64,000 nucleotides of DNA from Octopus sinensis. Taxonomy: Eukaryota. Both the position numbers and the translations under genes were made by a program. Below are positions 41,241 through 52,957 of the stretch, one piece after another. How positions within the stretch are numbered: the stretch's first letter is position 1; each line of letters begins with the position of its first letter. The notes under the pieces were generated by a model that was not told the origin of the DNA, searched no databases, and saw only the letters and a program-made list of their open reading frames with translations. The DNA lies in NCBI RefSeq assembly GCF_006345805.1, contig NC_042998.1:120156001-120220000 (forward strand). Reading direction: 5' to 3'.

Positions 41241-42935
41241 TCCCTTATCTAGTGGTCACTGAGGAAACTAGGGATAGATGAATGGTTAGTGAGAGCTGTG
41301 CAAGCCATGTACAGGGACACTGTCAGTAAGGTGAAGGTTGGCAACGAATACAGTGAAGAATTCTGGGTAGAGGTCCACCAAGGTTCAGTCCTCAGCCCCC
41401 TCCTATTTAGCATAGTCCTCCAGGCAATAACAGAGGAATTCAAGACATGATGCCCCTGGGAGCTCCTCTATGCTGACGACCTTGCTCTAATTGCTGAGTC
41501 ACTATCAGAACTCGAGAATTTTCAGGTGTGGAAACAAGGATTAAAATCGAAGGGCCTTAGAGTCAACCTAGCTAAAACCAAAGTCCTAATAAGTAGGAAG
41601 GCAGGCAAACCACAAATCCCTTCAGGTAGATGGCTCTGCTTAATCTGTAGAAAAGGTGTAGGTAGAAACTCTATAAGATGTACCCAGTGTAAACTATGGA
41701 CACATATCAAAGAAAGGCTAACTGGGAAGATAGTTTTTGTATGTGGCAGATGCTCAGGAGCAATAAACACTGAAAATGTGCAGAGAACAACTTCCGCCAC
41801 ATTCCAGGGAGAAAAACTAGAAATAGTTGATAGCTTCTGTTACCTAGGCGACCAAGTCAGTAGTGAGGGAGGGTGCACTGAAAGTGTAGCTGCTAGAATA
41901 AGAATAGCTTGGGCAAAGTTCAGAGAGCTCTTACCTCTGCTGGTGACAAAGGGCCTCTCGCTCAGAGTAAAATGTAGGCTGTATGATGCATGTGTACAAA
42001 CAGCCATGCTACATGGCAGTGAAACATGGGCCGTGACTGCTGAGGATCAAGGAATGAAGCCAGTATGATCCGATGGATGTGTAATGTCAGTGTGCATACT
42101 CGACAGAGTGTAAGTACCTTGAGAGAAAAGTTGGACCTAAGAAGCATTAGTTGTGGTGTGCAAGAGAGATGTTTGCGCTGGTATGGTCATGTGGCGAGAA
42201 TGGATAAAGATAGTTGTGTGAAAAAGTGCCACACCCTAGCAGCTGAGGGAACCTGTGGAAGAGGTAGACCCAGGAAAACCTGGGATGAGGTGGTGAAGCA
42301 CGACCATCGAACTTTAGGTCTCAACAAGGCAATGACTACTGACCAAGACTTAGAAATATGCTGTGCTTGAGAAGATCTGGCAAGCCAAATGAGACCATAA
42401 CCTTGTGGCCTATGCCAGAGGTGTAACCAGCCCACTTATGCCTACCTTTCCTTCATGGGACACTGGATGCTGCTTGCGAAGACCGGGTGAGGCAAGTGAA
42501 ATCGAAGTCAAATTCGATGATTGGCATCCGTGCTAGTGGATCGCTAAGAGCACCATCCAGTGACGGTGGTATGTAAAAATTACCATTCGAACGTGATCGT
42601 TACCAGCGTCGCCTTACTGGCACGTGAAAAAAACATTTGAGCGAGGTCATTGCCAGTGCTGCTGGACTGGTTCCTGTGCAGGTGGCATGTAAAAAACACC
42701 ATTTCAACATAACCGTTGCCAGTACCGCCTGACTAGCCTTCGTGCCGGCGGCACGTAAAAGCACCCACTACACTCTCAGAGTGGTTGGCATTAGGAAGGG
42801 CATCCAGCTGTAGAAACTCTGCTAGATGAAGATTGGAGCCTGGTGCAGCCATCTGGTTGGCCAGTCCCCAGTCAAATCGTCCAACCCATGCTAACATGGA
42901 AAGTGAACGTTAAACGATGATGATGATGACAATGA
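41241..42935 (+). mobile_element. 5'-truncated RTE LINE with RT domain relic and 3' UTR ending in (GAT)n
   Basis: HQGSVLSPLLF and ELLYADDLALIAES, then ORFs 41526-42068 and 42065-42370 (RLRWYGHV-RM, GRGRPRKTW); stops and deletions; tail gttaaacgatgatgatg. Confidence 0.92.
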
Positions 42936-42937
42936 TA

Positions 42938-43311
42938 TATTTTGACAGCTATGACTGGTTTCTCTTGCTTGTGTGGCATGGTACAGAGTCCTGTGGCCAG
43001 ACATAGGGTCTTCCAGCAGCCTCCCTCTTCACCTGGGGCAGCACTTCCTCTTCCAGGCACTTGATATAGGACATCATGTTGAGTCTGAGTTCATGTGGGA
43101 AGATAACTGGAGGCATAAATGTCACCATTACTAGTGATCACTCCAAACACTATGATGTTGAGTGGATGTTTGATTTTTATCTCTCTCGGTACATATCTTC
43201 AGACTGACACCTAAACACACTGATATGTTCATATTGGAGCTTCCAGCCCGAATGCCAAACAGTACAGCAGTTGTTTCCAAATTTCTGGCTGAGTGAATTG
43301 CCAGATACTCA
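42938..43311 (-). mobile_element. Fragment of the DD37D deletion-derivative family (cf. 9634-10524)
   Basis: The reverse complement aligns to 9770-10145 (caattcact...agaaatttggaaacaa...gaagctccaat...aacatcat-gtgtttggagtgatcactagt...ggaagaccctatgtctgg). Confidence 0.85.
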
Positions 43312-44386
43312 GAAAACAGATTCCATCACACTCCAGGGGATAAAACTAGGAGTAGTTGATAGCTTCCGCTACCTAGGTGACCAAGTTGGTAGTAGGGTTG
43401 GATGCTCAGAGAATGTTACCACTAGAATAAGAATAGCTTGGGCAAAGTTTAGAAAGCTTCTTCTCCTACTGGTGACAAAGGGTCTCTCGCTCAGAGTGAA
43501 AGGTAGATTGTACAACGCATGTGTGCGAACTGCCATGCTTCATGGCAGTGAAACATGGACCGTGACTGCAGAGGACATGTGTAGGCTCGAAAGAAATGAA
43601 GCTAGCATGATCTGCTGGATGTGTAATGTCAGTGTACATGCACAACAGTGTAAGCGCCCTGAGAGAAATGTTGGACATAAGAAGCATCGGATGTGGTGTG
43701 CAGGAGAGATGTTTGCGTTGGTATGGTCATGTACTACAGATGGATGAGGAGAGATGTGTGAAGAAGTGCCACTCCCAAACTGTTGAAGGAATCTAGGGTA
43801 GAGGTAGACCCAGGAAGACATGGGATGAAGTGGTGAAGCATGACCATCAAACGTTGAGCCTCACAGATGCTATGATGAAAGACCGAGACCTCTGAAGATA
43901 TGCTGTGACTGCGAAGACCCCACAAATGAAGTGAGTTCATGGCTTGCAGGATGGCCTGCTGTGCTAACCTTGGATCATAGGGCAACCTGCTGTGCTTGAG
44001 GAGACCTATTGAGTCAAGTACACCAACATCAAAATAAAAATCAAATGGATATTGTAGTGATACCCATGCTGATGGCACATAAAAAGCACCATCCGATTGT
44101 GGCCAATGTCAGCGCTGCCTGACTGGCGTCTGTGTCAGTGACACGTAAAAAGCACCAACTGATCATGGCCGTTTGCCAGCCTCCACTGGCCCCTGTGCCA
44201 GTGATACGTAAAAAGCACCCACTACACTCATGGTGTGGTTGGCATTAGGAAGAGCATCCAGCTGTAGAAATACTGCCAGATCAGACTGGAGCCTAGCGCA
44301 GCTTCCTGGCTTCCCAGACCCCATTTGAACCGTCCAACCCATGCTAGCATGGAAAATGGACGGTAAGCAATGATGATGATGATGAT
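43312..44386 (+). mobile_element. 5'-truncated RTE LINE, second copy
   Basis: ORF 43271-43747 (VDSFRYLGD...GRLYNACVRTAMLHGSETW) is homologous to 41526-42068; same 3' UTR and (GAT)n tail. Confidence 0.92.
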
Positions 44387-44515
44387 GCACTTTATGGCAA
44401 GTGATTTGTTCTGAGACTGTGTTGAAAGTAAAATATAGAAGATACATATTAAACATCCAAAGATACACAGAAGCTTTACACTTATTGATAATTTGGATAC
44501 AAAAGTTTCATCAAA

Positions 44516-44659
44516 GGAGTGGCTGTGTGGTAAGTAGTTTGCTTACCAGCCACATGGTTCTGGGTTCAATCCCACTGCATGGCACCTTGGGGAAGAGTCT
44601 TCTACTATAGCCTCCAGCTTTGTGAGTGGATTTGGTAGACAGAAACTAAAAGAAGCCGG

Positions 44660-44695
<36 letters not shown>

Positions 44696-44905
44696 ATGTA
44701 TATATATGTTTGTTTGTCTGTGTTTGTCTCTCCCAACATCACTTGACAACCGATGCTGGTGTGTTTCCGTCCCCATCACCTAGCAGTTGGGCAAGAGAGA
44801 CCGATAAGTACTAGGCTTACAAAGAATAAGTCCTGGGGTCGATTTGCTTGACTAAAGGCGTTGCTCCAGCATGGTTGCTGTCAGCTGACTGAAATAAATA
44901 AAAGA
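44516..44905 (+). mobile_element. Full-length family A SINE
   Basis: tRNA-like head (gtggtaagtagtttgcttacc...gggttcaatcccactg), (TA)n centre, tail ending gactgaaataaataaaagaa. Confidence 0.85.
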
Positions 44906-46259
44906 ACACTAATTGTGACTTGGATACTGACACCATTCCACTGCAAGTCATATTATTTATTTATTATTAAATACATATACTAATGCTTTGTGTATTTTCT
45001 GGTGGTTGCCAGTCATGAACAAGCAAGATAACTCACCCTCAATCCCATTTGAAAGTGATGGACATCGATGTTTCGCCATTTTTGTGCTTTATCAACACCA
45101 CCTACCTGCCTAGGTTGAAGGCGAGTCAGCTAGCTAGTCCAATGACTTATATGCTCATGGTTTGTAAAATTGTGAGCTGGTATGCCTGGAAATTGCATAC
45201 CTAAGAGAAAATTTACATATGAAGTAAAAGTAGCTCTAGTGCAATAAATATTCATCATCATCATCACCATCGTTTAACGTCTGTTTTCCATGCTAGCATG
45301 GGTTGAACGGTTTGACCAAGGTCTGGGAAGCCAGGAGGCTGCATTAGGCTCCAGTCTGATCTGGCAGTGTTATTAAGTACATATACCAATGTATATGCTT
45401 TGTGTATTTTCTGTTGGCTGCAATGATGTAGCTGAGTTTATAACTTTCATGTTGGTGGTGTCTGCATTCATTCAAGTACCTGAATGAACACACACACTCA
45501 TATGTATGTACACACACACACACGTGTGTGTGTTCATTCAGATACTTGAATGAGTGCACACAAGCAAGAATTTCTGTCTTTTGAACAAATGCATACACAT
45601 ATAGTAAGAGTTTATTTATGTATGAAATCCCACATGAAAGGCTTTCTAATGTGGATGTGAAAAGGAAAATTTTTTTTAAATAGACATAATCCCATGTTCT
45701 TGCACATTTCTTGATTTAAAGGTTCCTCCTGTCTACATATGTTAAAACGCATTATCTAAAGTGGCCATCTGAAATTTCCATATTCTTAACATTACACTAT
45801 GTAAGACTTAATAACTTATTGTTATTTATTAGAAGCAAGAAATGATTCTGTGAGCTGTCTACAACACTCATCTATGGAGTACTGCTCTCCTGCCTGTGAT
45901 AACACACTGTTTTATCAACAATTTCATTATTTTTGTACAAAAACTTCCAGCATGAATTCTCTTCATATACTGTATTACTTGAGACTGGGATCCAATAACA
46001 GACTCTATGTGATCATCTAACCTGTTAGAAATAGCAGCAAAATCTTTCTCAAATCTTAAAGGCACTTTGGAGAATGTAGTTCTGGTCTACAAAAGGATGA
46101 GATAGTCATGGCTGGAATGTTTTTGATTATAGATCTGCTTTGTCAGTGCTGACCTGATGCTAAACGACAATATGGATACTGTGAACATTTAGTTATATAG
46201 TACTGCTTCTTGTAGGTGGGGGTAATGCATCTCATTATTAACCAAATTAATGTCTGTCT

Positions 46260-46530
46260 CAACCTATAGGCCCACTAGCTGGAGCTTATTTTAGTTTTTA
46301 TGGCATTTAAGCAACTGAAAGTACATGGCTTCTTGCTGAATGGGATACCAGTCTGTTGTAGACTCAATCCCCCCCAACCAACACAGTCGTCCCCCACCTC
46401 CACTCACTAGCTGCTGGTTCTCATTCTTAGCTGAATGGAATGAAGCAATATGAAATGAAGCGCCTTGTTTAAGGACACAATTTGTCTGGGAATTGAACTA
46501 ATGATCTAATAATTGAACCACTGTGCCATG
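46260..46530 (-). mobile_element. Degenerate tRNA-derived SINE (third family)
   Basis: ggttctcatt-ttagctgaatgga...gaaatgaagcgccttgtttaaggacacaa...gggaattgaac pattern. Confidence 0.55.
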
Positions 46531-47620
46531 TTGCTTAACAATTCCTCATTTTGCTATGTTGCTTAATAATTTCACTTTTGCTGAAATGCCAGCTCTAGTC
46601 TTGTTTACCTTCTCTATTTGCTGATGCTGGGAAATCTCTTATGATCTAAAGGTGCAAATAATGCCACACATATATATGGTAGGGTCTCATGTATGTATTC
46701 CAGTGAATGGGAAAACTTTGATCAGCTGAGATTGTTCAAGCAATTAAAAGACATAAAATCTCTCCATGGGCATTAAAAACATAAAAAGAAAACAAACAAC
46801 TAGGGAATTAACTCCAATAAGATCAGTTGATCAAAATTTTGGGACATTACAGGCAATATAGATTGCAGTAAATCTAAACTTTAAAGCAACAAACATGTTT
46901 TGCCTTATTAGGTCTCTTTAGCTTAGCATATTCTTCTCACATAATAAGACTAAGAGCAGTGGGATGTAGTTAAGCTGATCAAAAAGAACATTAACAATCC
47001 AAATTTGAAGACATCTGTGACTGACAGTTATACCAGTGAGTTACAACTACTGGATTAATGACTGCTCGGTGTTGTCAATACTGCTACAACCATGAACTAC
47101 TCTGTGAATATGCTTCTTCCTATTTGCCTGTCCTGCTAGAAATAATAGTCAAATCTCCTTCAAAACACATTCTAGAGTCTTGTAAAAGGAGAACACTTTA
47201 GCTAATATAGTTTTAGATACATTATCTCTGAATATAAGATAGGATGATCATAGCAGGAATGTCTTTGATCATATGTCTTCTGGAATGAAGTTGATGCGAA
47301 GCTAAAGCAGAGCCTCATAGCTTATCCAAACTTAATATATACAAAGATACTTACAAGTTATCAAAGGAATCTCTTTGAGGCCATTCTTTATAATTTACTC
47401 TTTGATGTACCATATCTGGAAAAAAAAAATGGTATTGCTGTGACTAGAAACTTTTAATCAAAGTTCATCTGGATCAGGATTGACTTGAGACTAAACTACA
47501 AGTGCACTCTTCCAAACTTCATAGAGCTTGATACAGAAACTGTCCAGTTTATTTTGTGTGACACTTGTACTTGTTCCTCTGTGTATATAAAATGCCCTCT
47601 CTCTCTCTCTCTCTCTCTCT

Positions 47621-47659
<39 letters not shown>

Positions 47660-49239
47660 CATCATCATCATCCAAACGCTAACCATTCCGAGAGTGTAGT
47701 GTGTGCTTTTACGTGCCACCGGCACGAAGGTCAGTCAGGTGGTACTGGCAACGGCCACAGGTTTCTGGGTTATTTCTCTTCTTAGGTACAGTGTGTGTAT
47801 GTATGTATGTGTGTGTGTATGTATATATATATATATATGCACACACACATACAAACACACACTGTACCTAAGAAGAGAAATAACCCAGAAACCATTGATT
47901 CACAGGTATTGTTAAGGCTAGAAAGGGAGCAATAAACTCCCTTGCTCACAGTTTATAGACACAGACCATGTGTTGGTATCCAGCTGGAAAAGTTGTTTTC
48001 CTGGGGCTAAGACGTAGTAACATCATCCTGCATAGGACTGCAACATTGTGTTGGCAAATAGACTTACTGTATATATGTATGTATATATAAGCAAAATAAA
48101 ATTATAAGATACTCTATAAAATCTATAAAATATGGACAAATGATGAAGTTTGACTTATCTGTTGTTATTTAAAAATCAACAAAAAAATATTTCTTCTTCC
48201 TCTCTCTATTTTTCCTTACTACTTTTTCTCTTTGTCTCTCTCTGTCTCTAGTAGCTTCTCTTGTTCCCCCCCCCTTACTTTCTCTATTTCATTATCTATC
48301 TATCTTACTATCTGAATCTCTTCATTTTAAAGGTTAGCTGCTCAAAGCTGTTGTTTGTAGTGGATATGCAGATACATACATACACATGTAAATGCATAGA
48401 CAGAAAATGCCATGCATGACTGATCTTATACTATATGATGCTCTTTTATGTAAAGGCCATTATTTGACTGGCAGTGTTGTGTGAACTGATTTAAAAATAA
48501 GTTTAAATTTCTATAAAATGCTATCCAACTGCTGAAGAATACCATTTTGTCTTTTTAATACACAGCTAGCTTTTCAGCATTATAATGCATCTTTATAAAC
48601 AATAAGCTATTTTTATTAACTGAATACACTTTGAAAGTAATTTTAGATCTTTGAAAATTTCTATTTTCTATATTTTGTATTTATACTGTTTCATAGTGAT
48701 AGCTTTTCTGTAGAACACTTGTTTTAACTACTACAAGTTCTTCCTATTGTAAGTCATGTTGGAACTTGTGTTATGTTGTGAATCAAAATTGACCTGAGCA
48801 AGTAGAGTGCCTTGCATGGGTACAACACACTGGTTATCATTCAATTTGTTTACCTCCTATAGAAAGAAGATAATGGAACCAACTATTTTAAGGACAAGCA
48901 GTTTAGCAGTCTTTTGAGTCTTCATATTCAGTTGTTGGCTTATTGAGTCCACATCAAGTCTTGTACACTTAACTGTAAATAAGCATCATGGGACCAGTTA
49001 TATGTTATATGCAGTGATAATCTATCTGTGCAATTGATACATCACTTGTCAGCTTGCAAGAAAGAGTTCAAATCTTTTGTTGTATTAAGCTTAGAATTGT
49101 TGACTTAAACACAACATATCCATAAAAAGTACTGCTCATGAATATCTCCTATTGACAAATAGCTTCCATTTGCACATTTTTTCATTTTACATTTTTGGAG
49201 GGAAAGACACATTGCTTATGACCTTTGCAGGCCTTCCTT

Positions 49240-49520
49240 GAGTGGAGGTCATTATGGTTAATATTTAATTTGATGCTTGAAGAGGAAACATGAACAGGGA
49301 GTGAGTTCCAGAGAGCTGAAGATCTAGACGAAAGGGTTAAGTAAAATGTTTATGGATAACAAAGGGTAGAGGTGATGTGAATATTTCAATGAGTTTAGGT
49401 GGAAGTTGTCAGCATTTTCTAATTTAGAAGAGCAGAAACTATTATAGCAGAAGACAGAGTGATTATCCAGTATGTCACTGAACTATTGTGATCAGAAATT
49501 GAGATGGTCCTCTTTTTAAT
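49240..49520 (-). pseudogene. CR1-like LINE 3' relic
   Basis: Reverse strand ctctggaactcactccctgttcatgtttcct (LWNSLPVHVFP) followed by an NIN-like end. Confidence 0.55.
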
Positions 49521-49656
49521 TTTTTTTTTATTAAGGTCTGGAATGTTTGTGTGTGCAATAGGTATGCTATCTTAAATATGTGAGCAATACTCTGTAACTA
49601 GAGCCTTAAAGATGTTCAGTAAATGTTCTTAAATGAAATAGTTTTGGGCCACTAAA

Positions 49657-49687
<31 letters not shown>

Positions 49688-50036
49688 GCAAAGCAAAACC
49701 TAACCTTTAGGTTATTCTTCTTGAAATGTTATACCTATCTGTGGTCACCATCAGAGATAGTGTGACCTAGCTTTTGAAGCTACTTTGAAGGTTTAACTGT
49801 GTTATTAATGTCTAGAGCATAGTTTCCTAAAATGGGCAATATCGCCCACCAGTAGGCAATTTCAAGTTACAGGTGGGCGATGGTTGACTTTCTAGGAAAT
49901 GATGGGCAATGTGAACATTTTGTGGGTGACAAAGAATTTTTAGAAATTTGCTCTGCATTTACTTATTTCTAGGCATGCCTAGAATAAGGATGCACTTTTA
50001 TTGATCTGACTACTTGCATGAGACATCCCTTTACGC

Positions 50037-50440
50037 TTTTACTCTCTTTAACTTGTTTCAATCATTTGACTGCAACCATGCTTGAGCACCGCCTTTAGTT
50101 GAGCAAATCGCCCTGAGGACTTATTCTTTGTAAGCCTAGTACTTATTCTATCGGTCTCTTTTGCCGAACCGCTAAGTTACAGGGATGTAAACACACCAGT
50201 ATCGGTTGTCAAGCGATGTTGTGGGGACAAACACACACACACATATGTATATGTGTATATATATATATATATACATATATACGACGGGCTTCTTTCAATT
50301 TCCATCTACCAAATCCACTCACAAGGCTTTGGTCTGCCCGAGGCTATAGTAGAAGACACTTGCCCAAGGTGCCACGCAGAAGGACTGAACCCGGAACTGT
50401 GTGGTTGGTAAGCAAGCTACTTACCTCACAGCTACTCCTG
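50037..50440 (-). mobile_element. Full-length family A SINE nested in the Charlie element
   Basis: Reverse complement of 44516-44905 along its whole length. Confidence 0.88.
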
Positions 50441-51065
50441 CACCTTTGTATTATAAAAGTGGACATGTTTATCAATATTTTTGACACACAGTCATTGAGA
50501 TAGTTGTCATATTTTGCTAAAAATTCCAGCCAAATAGGCCTAGGCCTTGAATCATGCTCCACCAAATTTTCTTTGTGGTGGGACATAATCATATGAAATC
50601 CCACATATAGAATACAAATTCGCAAAAACTATCTGATAACTTGGACAAATAAAGAAGTTATAAGGGGGTTATATATCATGCATAATTCTACGGTTTCATA
50701 TCAAAACACAAGTGCTATTTTCAGGATGTTGACAAAATGTGCAGTCATGCACAAAATTACAGATTTAAAATTATGTTTCTTGACTGGGTAAAAATGATCA
50801 AACTTTAAACTTATTAAAAACATTTTTCTGGGAAAAGTTGAATAACTCCAGCAATTTAGCTTGAAAAAGTATATTAATGTGCCAAATTAATAATTTTTTG
50901 ATAAACTTTAATTTTTGAAATGCTCGCAGCCAAATGAACTAGATCCGTATTTGCTCCAGTAAAGACGTATTGTCTGACTCTGCTCTATCAACTTCTCTTT
51001 GGGAATACCATACTGCCTTTCTGATGCCATCTGTAGAAATCTATTTTCATATTTTCACTTTACTG

Positions 51066-52957
51066 ATGCATCCAGTCAAGAAAATTTGTCGACAATACAA
51101 TAGTGATTATTTACCATTTGGATTTATTCCCTCTCCTCAGAACTGTTAGTTACCAGTGTGCCTTTTTTGCCATCAAACATTGACCAATGAAGCAATGAAA
51201 CCTTCACACTTGAAGTATCACTTTGATGCAAAGCATTCTGACAAGATGGACAAGCCATTGTCATATTTTTTGTAACTGAGCACCTCTTTCAAAAAGCAAA
51301 CACAAACATTCAACACACTTCTTCAGGAAACTAGTAAGCAGGAGAATGACAGATTGATTGCATTGTACAACATCGCATTGCTTGTTGCTAAGTCTGGGAA
51401 GCCTCACACAATTGGAGAGACATTACTTCACCCAGTTAACACAAAATTACAGATTTAAAATTGTGTTTCTTGACTGGATGAAAATGATCAAACTTTAAAC
51501 CTCTATAACTTATTAAAAACATTTTTCCAGGAAAAGTTGAATAACTCCAGCAATTTAGCTTGAAAAACTATATTAATGTGTCAACTGTTATGTACAAAAA
51601 CTTGATAACATCATGAAGAAAATCCCACTTAGTAATAACACGATTTTCGACACATCGCAGAAATAGCCAACAATGTGAAACATCAGCTTATTAATATTCT
51701 CCAGCATTCTGAAATTTCTATACAAGTGGATGAGTCAACTGTTGTGGACAATCAATGTTTGATGATGGTATATGTTCAGTATTTCACTGAAGACCTTCAA
51801 CCTTGTGAGGAAATGCTGTTCACAGACAAATTGCTGCTTGATTCAAATGGAGCAACTATTTTTCACACTCTCAAGTCTTTCCTTTTTGAACATAATATCC
51901 CACTCAGTAATATTCATGCCTGTGCATCTGATAGGGCCCCTTCAATGATAAGAAGATACAGAGGTTTTTCATCTTTCCTAAAGCGTGAAATTTTCCCACC
52001 AAATACTAACTGTTCATTGCTTAGCACACCAGCAATGGCAAATAATATGAATGGTAGATTGAATGATGCGCTACAGTTAGTTATCAAGACTGTGGACAAA
52101 CTGAAGTCCAGTCCCTTGTCTGATCGAATTTTCCGTCAACTCTGTCTGAGAAATGATGAGGACTATACTAAACTCTTATACCATACTGAAGTGTTGTAGC
52201 TGTCAAAAGGAAACTGTATTTTATGCTTTGCTGAACTGTTTCATATAATCATATCTTTCTATGAAGATACTCCACTATTCACTTCATTGATGGTTGCAAG
52301 GTGCGATATCTTTTGTCGTTGTGATATATTCACAAAATTAAATGATTTGAATATGTTATTGCAAAGAAACAGAAAAACTCTCATTGATTGTAAATCATTT
52401 ACCACTACCTTCATTTCCAAATTGGTGTTGTATAAGACTAACTTTTCAAAATGTCAATTCCATCAATTTCCACAACTTGACTCTTTGAAAGATGAATTGG
52501 TTGATGAGGATCTAACTAAATATCGCAACTATTTACAATCATTGCATGATGACATGATGGAGTGATTTCAAGATGTTATTGCACTGAATATTCGAAATTG
52601 GTATAGCAATCCATTTGAGGTCAGTGCAGTCAATTGTGACGTTCAGGAGGAATTGATAGAATTACAAAATGACAGTGATGTCACAATGTGATATCGCTGT
52701 AATGGCAAATGTTTGTGGTAGCATCTAAGTATATTGAATTCCTACTGCAATCTGTGAAAACATCTGAAATTACTTTAGCTTGCTTTCCTGCTTCATACCT
52801 GGTTGAATCTGGTTTTAGTCATGTTGGAATTTTACTCTCCCATAAAAGAATTGAACTGGATGTGACACAATGAAGAAACTTGTGGCTAAAGTTGACAAGT
52901 TTGAAACTGAATGTATCTGCACTAGCTGCATTACACCAGACACATGGTTCTCATTAA
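51066..52957 (+). pseudogene. hAT (Charlie; ZBED8/SCAND3/FAM200-like) transposase pseudogene
   Basis: CRQYNSDYLPFGF...CLFC...NEAMKPSHLKYH (BED finger), SIQVDEST, ASDRAPSM, LYHTEV, FPASYLVESGFS and a C-terminal QTHGSH*; many stops plus a 145-bp insertion. Confidence 0.9.

Noticed and set aside
44516-44600. tRNA gene
   Set aside because: It is the tRNA-like head of a multi-copy SINE; no complete cloverleaf or acceptor stem.
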